From Macrostomum lignano (lineage: Eukaryota): a stretch of DNA of 64,000 nt. The DNA lies in assembly GCA_002269645.1 (NCBI GenBank), contig NIVC01002796.1:31-64030 (forward strand). The letters are read 5' to 3'. This document shows, in pieces, positions 46,201-58,200 of the stretch. The stretch's first letter is position 1. Every line of letters begins with the position of its first letter. The notes beneath the pieces were generated by a model. It was not told where the DNA came from. It did not search any database and saw nothing but the letters and a program-made list of their open reading frames with translations. A program made the translations under genes and the position numbers.

Positions 46201-49200
46201 ACACCGAAAGTGGCGCCCTCTCCGACACCGAAAGTGGTGCCCTCTCCGACACCCAAAGTGGCGCCCTCTCCGACACCCAAAGTGGCGCCCTCTCCGACAC
46301 CCAAAGTGGCGCCCTCTCCGACACCCAAAGTGGCGCCCTCTCCGACACCAAAAGTGGCGCCCTCTCCGACACCCAAAGTGGCGCCCTCTCCGACACCAAA
46401 AGTGGCGCCCTCTCCGACACCCAAATTGCATTCTCTCGAAGCAAAAAGAATCACAACGACGAAAAAAGTAAAAGTACAAAGCGAACCCACCAGTTTGTAC
46501 ACGTGCAGCTCCAACGAGGTGTAGTCATTCTTGGCCGTGTCCTGCAGGTGAATGAAGAAGAATATGTAGGCCCACATGTTGTGCTCGTTGCGCACGTGAT
46601 AGTCGAAGCCCTGGCCGTGGTGCTCGAAATCGTAGTTGCTGCGCGAGCAGATGAAGCAGTTGTCGCGCATGTCCACCTCGGCTGTCCATTTCATGTTGCG
46701 CAGCTCGCTGAACGTGTCAACAATGATGCCGAAGATGATGTTGAGGCCGACCGTGGTGATCAGGATGAAGAACACGATGTGAAATATGGCCATCCAGAAG
46801 AATGAGTCGAAGGTTGGCGAGTCCTCGCGAGGCACCATGTTCTGCGGGAGTTGAGGTGGGATTTGGGATTCTTGAGACAGCCAAGTGTCAGCGGAAACAG
46901 TAGAGTGACAGAGGAGACAGTAGAGTGACAGAGGAGACAGTAGAGTGACAGAGAAGAGAGTAGAGTGACAATGCAGACATCTGAGTGACAGAGAAAACAG
47001 TAGAGTGACAGAGAAGAGAGTAGAGTGACAGAGGAGACAGTAGAGTGACAGAGGAGACAGTAGAGTGACAGAGAAGAGAGTAGAGTGACAGAGGAGACAG
47101 TAGAGTAACAGAGGAGAGAGTAGAGTGACAGTGCAGACATCAGAGTGACAAAGAAAACAGTAGAGTGACAAAGGAGACAGTAGAGTGACAGAGGAGACAG
47201 TAGAGTGACAGAGGAGACAGTAGAGTGACAGAGGAGACAGTAGAGTGACAGAGGAGACAGTAGAGTGACAGAGGAGACAGTAGAGTGACAGAGGAGACAG
47301 TAGAGTGACAGAGGAGACAGTAGAGTGACAGAGGAGACAGTAGAGTGACAGAGGAGACAGTAGAGTGACAGAGGAGACATCAGAGTGACAGAGGAGACAG
47401 TAGAGTGACAGAGGAGACAGTAGAGGGAAAAATGACAGGCAGCGAAGCATCGGGAGCGACAGTAGGGTGATACATAAAGTAGTGAACTGCCTCAGAAGCC
47501 AGACTCAGGGCACTGCTGCGGTCCTCACCTCGAACAGATCCCCAATGAGTCCAAAGCGCAACACGGTCACAAAGCATTGGCTGAGGTCCGAGCAGAACAT
47601 GAGGCCGCCGAAACCTCGGCGAAGCCTTGCGAAAGCCAGCACGGAGAACAGGTACATGATGGCGATGCCCAGCACAGACACCCAGATCAGGGAGAGGCCT
47701 GAGCAGGTTCGGTGGGGAATTTGTTATATTTTGACTGCCTCCACGTTTGAGACAAGGCTCAAACGACAACTGCTAGAGACAACTGGTTAGAGACAACTGG
47801 CTAGAGACAACTGACAAGAGACAACTGGCTAGAGACAACTGGCTAGAGACAACTGGCTAGAGACAACTGGCTAGAGACAACTGGCTAGAGACAACTGACT
47901 AGAAACAACTGACTAGAGACAACTAACTAGAGACAACTGACTAGAGACAACTGACTAGAGACAACTGACTAGAGACAACTGACTAGAGACAACTGACTAG
48001 AGACAACTGACTAGAGACAACTGACTAGAGACAACTGACTAGAGACAACTGACTAGAGACAACTGGCTAGAGACAACTGACTAGAGACAACTGACTAGAG
48101 ACAACTGACTAGAGACAACTGACTAGAAACAACTGACTAGAGACAACTGACTAGAGACAACTGGCTAGAGACAACTGACTAGAGACAACTGACTAGAGAC
48201 AACTGACTAGAGACAACTGACTAGAGACAACTGACTAGAAACAACTGACTAGAGACAACTGACTAGAAACAACTGACTAGAAACAACTGACTAGAAACAA
48301 CTGACTAGAGACAGCCGACTGTCTCACCATTCATGGTGACAGCCTGAATGACTCCCTGCAGCAGCTGGTTATTGTTGACCATGTTCAGCAGGTGGAAGGC
48401 GAAGAAGTACGGACAGTAAAAAGTGCCAGCAAAGGCGCAGGCGGCGAAGGACAAGTAGTACAGCGTGGCTATGCTGAACAGGTTGACAGCCAGTTTGTTG
48501 CCGCCCTCGCTGCCGCGGTCCCTGCAGTCGGCCGGGTCGTCCTCTTCGTCGGCTTTGGCGCGGCGCAGGCGGCGCAGCCGATCCCGGATGCGGCGCACGT
48601 TCGGCGGCTCCGGATGGTTGGCAACGAAGAAGGCCAACAGGATGACTATGGCCAGGATGTCCATGGTGTACGCGAATGCATCCTTCCACATCTCCAGGTG
48701 CTCGAACTGCGACTTCCAGCGGGCAGATTCGCTGATCAGAATTGGAGTTGGGAACAGATTGCTCAGCCTGAGGCTGGGATTCTGGTTGGCTCATTTCCAC
48801 ATGGATTTGATTGGCTCACAACCACTCGAATCTGATTGGATCACTCAAATCTGATTGGCTCACACTCACTAGAATCTGATTGGCTGTGACTCACTCGAAT
48901 CTGATTGGCTAAGAGTCGCTTAAATCTGATTGGCTCACACTCACTGGAATCTGATTGGCTGTGACTCACTCGAATCTGATTGGCTAAGAGTCGCTTGAAT
49001 CTGATTGGCTTACACTCACTGGAATCTGATTGGCTGTGGCTCATTCGAATCTGATTGGCTAAGAGTCGCTTGAATCTGATTGGCTTACACTCACTGGTAT
49101 CTGATTGGCTGTGGCTCATTCGAGTCTAATTGTCTCAGACTCACTCGAATCCGATTGGCTTACACTCAGTCGACTCGAATCTGATCTTGGCTCACACTCA

Positions 49201-52200
49201 CTCGCATCTGAATGGCTCGGACTCACTGGAATTTGATTGGCTCTCACTCCCTCGAATCTGATTGGCTCACACAAACTTTTATTGGAAATGAGTAAACATG
49301 TACAAAAAAATAGACTTCATTTTTAAAAAAGGAGCAATAAAAAGGCTAATCAAATTGCGCTCACTTGGCCGGAATGGTAAACATGCCAGTGTCCGCCAGC
49401 ATTGTGGGCGTGTCAGTAGCTTCCAGGCCAATCAGCATGATTAGGTTGATAATAACGGCAGTCAAGGTTGCGGCGTGGTTCCAGATGAGCCACAGTCGAG
49501 TCAGCAATATAGTAAACGGGTTTGACAGCACTTTCTTCTGATAGTGAATGTCCTTCAGTATAGCCTTAGTCCAGTCCATGAAGTCGCGGATCTTCGTGCT
49601 GGGCGAGGACCTGTCCACGTTCCATTTCAGCTTCTCTTTGAGTTCTTCGCGGAGAACATTCTGAATTATGAGATTTACAGTAGTGGATTTTTTATGTTTG
49701 ATAGCACTATTTATACTACTTACTAACTAATAAGTAGCATTTGACAGAACTTGCCTTGTTTCTCACTCGAAAGTGAACCTTCTGCAGGTTGTCATTTTTC
49801 AGAATCTCAATTGTCATTGCGTTCTTTTTGAAGAATTTGAATGCCTTCTGCTGAATGTCGCTAATCTGCAGCTCTGTAAATTAACGAATGGATTGTAAGA
49901 ATAATAATAAGAGGATGCAGAGAAAGGGTGGGGAGAGGAGGGTGAAGAGAGAAGGGTGGGGAAAAGAGGGTGGGGAGAAGAGGGTGGGGAGAAGAGGGTT
50001 GGGAGAAGAGGATGGGGAGAAGAGGGTGGGGAGAAGAGGGTGGGGAAAAGAGGGTGGGGAGAAGAGGGTGGGGAGAAGAGGGTGGGGAGAAGAGGGTGGG
50101 GAGAAGGAGGGTGGGGAGAAGAGGGTGGGAAGAAGAGGGTGGGAGAAGATGGTGGGGAGAGAAGGGTGGGGAGATGGTGGTATGCAACAGACAAAGAATA
50201 GGATTCAGATCAAGAACTAAAATAGAAAAAATACCACAGAAAAACGATTGCACTGAACAGATTTGATAGACAAAATAGATAAGGACACGATTTGTCAGAA
50301 TAATTTTTAGCAGCAAATAGCAGCAAAGGCAAAGAAGAAAATCAATTTGTTCTGCTTGCTTTAATAAAAGTAAAAAAGCGCCAGTGCGAGCTGTGTAACT
50401 CTTCTGATTTCGATGAAGACATTTCTGCCCCGCTTGTGCCTGTCACTCATGTAATTAAGATTATGTTTGCTACAATTGTTTGCAGTCATTTTATAGTGCT
50501 TCTCTTCACATCTTAAGAAAAAGACCGTGACCAATAAATCAATAATTAAAACGGATTAATATTTAATCGCCGACTTAATACGAGGACAGGCAAAGGTAGG
50601 CATTTTTTCGGGTTTACCTCTTCCATACGGGTCTGAATCTGCAAGCATTGGAGCAGCAAAGAGATCAGTTGAGGATCAATGGTGGCAGGGTTAATGAGAT
50701 TAAAGGAACTCAATTTGTATGCAAGTCAGCAGTGGTTGAGCACAGTAAAGCACAACATCAGCTAGCTTGGGATTCAAAGCGATATGGATTCGGTTGATTG
50801 CTAGCTCAGGTGTTTGCTAAGCTGTTCTACATGACCAACTTCTCAGAGCTGAGTTTGGCGATGGACTCACCTTTCTTGCCCATGGCCGGGTCAATGTCGT
50901 ACAGCCGGGCCAGGATCACGTAGAACGTGAAGCCGACCTCGCACATGGCCTCCTTGAGCTCGCGGTTCTCCTCCTTCTTCTGCAATGGGTTGGCGAAGTG
51001 GGCTGAAATGGGATTCTGGCGATGGAGATCATTATGGGATTCTAGTGATGTAAACCATTATGGGATTATGGTGATGGAGATCATTTTAGGATTCTGGTGA
51101 TGGAGATCATTTTGGGATTCTGGTGATGGAGATCATTTTGGGATTCTGGTGATGGAGATCATTATGGGATTCTGGTGATGGAAATCATTTTGGGATTCTG
51201 GTGATGGAGATCATTATGGGATTCTGGTGATGGAGATCATTATGGGATTCTGGTGATGGAGATCATTTTGGGATTCTGGTGATGGAGATCATTATGGGAT
51301 TCTAGTGATGGAGATCATTATGGGATTCTAGTGATGTAAACCATTATGGGATTATGGTGATGGAGATCATTATGGGATTCTGGTGATGGAGATCATTTTG
51401 GGATTCTGGTGATGGAGATCATTATGGGATTCTGGTGATGGAGATCATTATGGGATTCTGGTGATGGAGATCATTTTGGGATTCTGGTGATGGAGATCAT
51501 TATGGGATTCTAGTGATGGAGATCATTTTGGGATTCTGGTGATGGAGATCATTATGGGATTCTAGTGATGGAGATCATTATGGGATTCTAGTGATGTAAA
51601 CCATTATGGGATTATGGTGATGGAGATCATTTTGGGATTCTGGTGATGGAGATCATTTTGGGATTCTGGTGATGGAGATCATTTTGGGATTCTGGTGATG
51701 GAGATCATTATGGGATTCTGGTGATGGAGATCATTTTGGGATTCTGGTGATGGAGATCATTATGGGATTCTGGTGATGGAGATCATTTTGGGATTCTGGT
51801 GATGGAGATCATTATGGGATTCTGGTGATGGAGATCATTATGGGATTCTGGTGATGGAGATAATTATGGGATTATGGTGATGGAGATAATTATGGGATTC
51901 TGGTGATGGAGATCATTATGGGATTCTGGTGATGGAGATCATTATGGGATTCTGGTGATGGAGATCATTATGGGATTCTGGTGATGGAGATCATTATGGG
52001 ATTATGGTGCTGTAAACCATTATGGGATTCTGGTGATGGAGATCATTATGGGATTATGGTGATGTAGATCATTATGGGATTATGGTGATGGAGATCATTA
52101 TGGGATTATGGTGCTGTAAACCATTATGGGATTCTGCTGATGTAAACCATTATAGGATTCTGGTGATGGAAATCATTATGGGATTCTGACGATCACCAAT

Positions 52201-55200
52201 GGTCCCGTCGAGATCCCTCAGGATCATTCCCCAAACGCAGGGCAAACGGAGCGCCCGCATCTGAGACGTCAGGTCGCTCCAACTCACAAAGAGTCGCACA
52301 AGGAATCCGCCGTCCTTGCCAGTCCGCTGCTGGGCCTCGTAGCACTCGGACATGGCCCGGTAGAGAGCGCCCTTGTCCAGCGTGTCCTTCACCTCCCTAG
52401 CGATTACCAGAGCCTCGGGAGAATTCTCCTCAATCAGCGAGATCACCAGGTTGGCGATGGTCTGGCGCAGTTGCACCACCTGCTGAGGCTCGCAGCTTTC
52501 GAAGTCGGAGCTGCGCAGAATGAAGTTTATATAGTCGATGATTTTGTTGTCGTACACGGTTGCCCGGTTCTCCTGGTTGCCCTGGATCATTGTTTGCGGG
52601 ATTTTTGTAGTCTGTAATATTCTTGAGTAATTGAAGACTCCGGGAGAATAACAAGAAGAGAAATATCAACACAAACATTTAATGTCTACGCGTTTCGCCT
52701 ATCCGACGACTTTCCAGTTGATTTTTTTTAAGTTCCAAAGATCAGGAGAACTTCTTTAAACTCATTAACTACACTCACTTCAACATGAAACTCACGGATG
52801 AGGGAGGTGACAAGAAAACCGCAGGGACATCATGGCGGTGACCATGGCCCTCTCTCGCTCTCTAGGCATCGTTACCTCCAGTGAAACATCCGCAATGAGG
52901 AATGCCCCCTTCTGCCTCTCCGGTGATGAGAATGCGAAGCACTTCATCTGTGAGTGCCCCGCCTTTACTCAGGACAGGCTCACCTACCTCGGCGCAAACC
53001 CGGGCCTTTCCGACGTTGGAAAGCCTCAGAATATCTGCCAGCTCGTCCGCTACCGGGCGAGCGACCATCCACCTCCTGGACTCTCCGGATCTCCCTGCGC
53101 GACACCGCAGCACCAACTGCCCGAGGTTGTCAGAGGTTAGCGCAATGGGCGTCGACGCCTCCCCGCTGTATCCGGATGCCCAGAACCCCCTGTAGCTGAG
53201 TCAAGTCAAGTAAAGAGATGACAAGAAACTCCCATTTTCTTGACACCGAAGTGGAGTGTACTGGAAGCTCTTTTGGTACCAAGGTTTACCGAGAGCCCGG
53301 AGCTGATGCTGAACTAAAATAATTGAAAAATGGCCTGGTAAGATGGTTCATGCACAGAGCCTTATGATGTGTGCAGCTCATGGGACTTGTTTCACCAAGA
53401 AGGGCCTCACCTTGACCAACTTTCTCAGAACTAATAGCTACCACAAGGTCTCATCAATCGCACGGTCTTGCCGCTGAAAAATGACTTCTAGGCTGAACAA
53501 GCCTCCTAACCTGGATCCTGATGATACTTTCTTAATTTTGATTTCATTTTCGGAGCAAATCTCACCCCATTAAAAAGTTTGAGAAAAGTTTCCATCAATG
53601 AAAAAACGAGGCCGTTTTGTGAGTATAGATTCAAATCCATTGCGCTCTTTCCGTCAAGGCTCGTGTTGCAGACTCGATCGGTAGGATGAGACCCCGATCC
53701 AGAAAATCTTGGTCCTATCTGACCTCTCTTACTGTACACCAGGTGCTCACAGCCATCTGAGCAACCCAGCTGACAAAGCAACTCACAGCACAGAACTCAT
53801 TAACCGTGGAGAACAGCTGGATGAGCAAATCGATCGTGTCACCGTTGATATTCGAGTAGGCAACGTTGATGAACTGGGAGACTTCGGCCACGATGTTGAA
53901 CGACTTGATGTTGTCCGGCTGCTCGCGCAGGTAGTTCTGCAGACCAAAGTGCTGCCCGTCGCAGATGCTGGCCAGGACCTTCAGCACCAGGGCGATGTAG
54001 CCGTCGTCTTTCATAGAGATCGTCTCATCTTCATCGTGAGTCTGGCTAGCCAGGTTTTCCTGTCGGGATAGAGCGCTGGCAATTGACTTTCCGCGTGTCT
54101 ATAATGCACCACTTTGCATAGGACGATTGCATTGAAATAATATTTAACCAACAATTGACATTCGACTTCTTTTTCTTTAGTTTTTTGGAGCGGTTTAGCG
54201 TCCTATTCCCAACTACAATACTTTAATTAACTAAAGTAAATAATAACAATAATAATATATATAATAGTAAATAGTAATAGTAAATAATAACAAACAATAA
54301 TATTGCACACAAAAACTAAATTGTGGCACACCTTCTGACGAAAATTTCCCTTTTTGAACTGTTAGCCAGCTGCAATGACAGCCAAATTTACTTTGTACTT
54401 GCATTTGACTGGAAACATTTGAAACACAGAGACTCACCACCTCAGCACCGGAGTCGGAGCTGGCCGATTCTTCCAGCAGGCTCTGCGCCATCGGCTCCTG
54501 ACTCTCGCCTTTCAGCCCGTTGGCGAATGCCACCTTCTTGTTGCCACTGCCGCCGCTCTTCTTGCCACTGCTGTTGCTCGGCGTTTGACTGCCAGACTCT
54601 TTGCGACGTTTGGTCATCATTGACTGCGACTGCATCTTGGTGAGGCTGACTCGGCGCTGCAGTTAACCAAGAATTCTATCATTTGTCTTGCTCTGTTCAT
54701 AGTGACTTCTCTGTGCTAACGAGTGAAAGATACAGCATAAGTTAGGCCTTACCGTGAGATCATTGTTGGCCTGTTCAATCTTCATCTCGATGCGGTACTG
54801 CTTGATTTGCTGCACGATAAATTATGATGGTCGATTTTCAAATTTAAAACGAAACGAGCTTTAAACAGTATGGGCATGAGCGAGCAGGTGTACTCGTAGT
54901 ATCGAAGTCGCCAATGGCGGTTGTGATGCCCTCTCTGGTCCACTAAAGTCACCAATAGCTGGTTGCGATGCCCTCTCTGGTCCACTAAAGTCACCAATAG
55001 CTGGTTGCGATGCCCTCTCTGGTTCACTAAAGTCACCAATAGCTGGTTGCGATGCCCTCTCTGGTCCACTAAAGTCACCAATAGCTGGTTGCGATGCCCT
55101 CTCTGGTCCACTAAAGTCACCAATAGCTGGTTGCGACGCCCTCTCTGGTTCACTAAAGTCACCAATAGCTGGTTGCGATGCCCTCTCTGGTTTACTAAAG

Positions 55201-58200
55201 TCACCAATAGCTGGTTGTGATGCCCTCTCTGGTCCACTAAAGTCACCAATAGCTGGTTGTGATGCCCTCTCTGGTCCACTAAAGTCACCAATAGCTGGTT
55301 GCGATGCCCTCTCTGGTCCACTAAAGTCACCAATAGCTGGTTGCGATGCCCTCTCTGGTTCACTAAAGTCACCAATAGCTGGTTGTGATGCCCTCTCTGG
55401 TTACTAAAGTCACCAATAGCTGGTTGTGATGCCCTCTCTGGTTTACTAAAGTCACCAATAGCTGGTTGTGATGCCCTCTCTGGTTTACTAAAGTCACCAA
55501 TAGCTGGTTGCGATGCCCTCTCTGGTTCACTAAAGTCACCAATAGCTGGTTGTGATGCCCTCTCTGGTTACTAAAGTCACCAATAGCTGGTTGTGATGCC
55601 CTCTCTGGTTACTAAAGTCACCAATAGCTGGTTGCGATGCCCTCTCTGGTTACTAATGTCACCAATAGCTGGTTGCGATGCCCTCTCTGGTTACTAAAGT
55701 CACCAATAACTGGTTGTGATGCCCTCTCTGGTTACTAAAGTCACCAATAACTGGTTGTGATGCCCTCTCTGGTTACTAATGTCACCAACAGCTGTTGCGA
55801 CGCCCTCTCCGGGTCACCTAAAGTCAACTACAGCGGTTGTGGTGCCCTACCAGCTTGTCACTTGGTAAATTTGTCAGACCAAACCGAAATCCATTTCATG
55901 CTATCCATTCACATTAGCTCCGTCTCACCTGCAAAGCCTTGATCCCTAGAGTCATGGTAGCTCTGAGGTTCTCAGCCTGAGATTTGGCTTCTGACTGGCG
56001 CGCCTTTTGTTGCGAGATCAGCAGACGGCGCTCTTTGATGTTGGCCGTGGACATCTGCAGGCGATTTCGCACCGCGTAAAAGAACACTTCTTCCTTCGTG
56101 TGTAGAAAGTAGTTCAGCATGCTCTCCTGTTGGAATAACAAAATTAGGTTAATTGCTTTAAGTAGTAAGGTGTGTGTTTTTTATACTGTTTTACGAAATA
56201 TGCGTGACATACCTGAACCCTCTCATTAGCGTTAAACAGCATCATGCCAAGCAGTGAAAGCACCTCCTTGGCTACTAGGCTGCTGGTGGAAGCCAGATGC
56301 GGCAAAGCGTGCTTCACTAGTTCGAACGAGTTGAGCGTTGTTTGAATGTCCGATATGTTGCGAAGGCCCCTGAAAATCGATTTATTTTGCGTTGTAAAAA
56401 TTCTAACAAAGTTTTTTCTTGAATGATGAATTGTCGTCATCTAGATCTCTAGAGAGATTTATTTAAAAATGAGTAGAAAAAATAAGACAAAAGTTTTGCC
56501 CCGTGTGAGGATCGAACTCACGGCCTTCAGATTATGAGACTGACGCGCTACCTACTGCGCTAACGAGGCAACTGGCACCATATTGCCCGAGAAAGGCATT
56601 TCACTAATACTCCTATATAAGGTCTCTATACTCACTTTTTCACTCGAAACTCCGTGGTTCGAACCTCCCAGTCAGCCGGGAGTTTTCTCTCCTCGTTGTG
56701 CATGAAGGCGCGCAGAATCTGCAGGATGCGAACCGTCAGGCGCTCTTGCTCGCGTCGGAGCTTCGTCTCCGTGCTCGTAGTTGGCACGTGGGTGGTGCCG
56801 CTGGTTGTCGCACAGATTCTTCGGGTTGAATAATTAAATTCCTAGATCAGCTAGGGATTCGTTTAATGAATCTTGTTTAACCGCCCTACCTGAGTCCGTT
56901 GACCAGCAGCGCGCCCAGTTTGTACCGCTGCTCAGGCTTCCGGCTGCCCATGCCGATGAGGCAGCGCACGTGACTCTGAAACTCCTCGTCGAGGGCAGCG
57001 CCTCGTCGCCTCCGATTGTGGTGTACTCTGCGTGCGACAGTCAGACAGTAGTGCAAATGTACGATTAAGCATCCTTACTGTAGTGAGGCATAAAAGTTGT
57101 AAAAGTACTGACTGCACTACCTCTATTGGAGTTGACCTTCAATTGCGCTTTCACCGTGTTGTGACCGCCCCACAGCAGGCTGAGATTAACAGCCAACGAT
57201 TTTAGCTTAGTGTTGAGAATGATCTCCTGTTCATAATACTCTTTGTTTCCCTGAAAGTGTTTAGATTCAAACAAAATAGCTACACTGAGCAATGGCAACG
57301 TGAATTTTTCGTCAAGTACTAAGCGCGCTGTTCGTACCGATTTCATCTGGGACACTGTGTCCTGCAGTTTAGTGCCTTTGCCGATGTTCTCCACCACTGG
57401 CTCCATGATCTGCGTGATTGCAACAATTTGGATAGCGGTTTTGGTGCAAGCTACAGGGGGTGTAGCCTAGTGGTTAGAGCGTCGGACTCACGACTTGAAG
57501 GTCGGGGGTTCGATTCTCGACCCCACTGGAACAATTTGTGTCCTTGAGCAAGACACTTAACTCTGCACTGCTTCAGTTCACCCAGCTGTAAAATGGGTGC
57601 CAGCATTAGCTGGGGGTAATTGAGGCTGTGTGGCGACCCCCCCCCCCCCAAGTCCTTGGACTGAACAGCCGTACGCAGCCTTCAGATGCGCCGCGCAATA
57701 GCTGCGGCTGAGCTGTCGGTTGCAAATCTGACCATTTGGGCAGGTGTAATCAATTATTACTATGAAGGGCAGTCTGTAAGGCCCAGCATCAGGTGTCTAT
57801 AGTACGTGTCTACCCGTATGTCCGTATGTGCCTGCATCAGCATCCACATGCCTGCTCAGGCGAGCTTATGTGCGCGAAGACTTCAATGGTGTGCTCAGTC
57901 ACCCGACTCGTAAAGCCATCATCGAAAGCAAAACAGATTAGAAAACTTACCGAGGGGGATGTGAGCTGCGCTTCACGATGCAGCTGAGGCAGCTGACCAT
58001 CTGCGTCAGCACCTTCGGCTCCACAACAATGGAAGCCAGCTGGCAGCAGAACTCCACCGCGCCTGTAGTCATGCGGTCGAATATCTCGCGCTCGTTTTGA
58101 AAGTCTTTGTCCTCATCGACTACGTAGAACTTCTGCGCGAACGCCTGCAGGAAAGGAAACACCGCGTCGAACACGTAGTGCAGCGACGAGTGCCCGCGGT

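Noticed and set aside
56645-56690. GGTTCGAACC as a tRNA/SINE B box
   Set aside because: Falls inside ITPR coding exon 56818-56636 (DWEVRTTEF on the minus strand).
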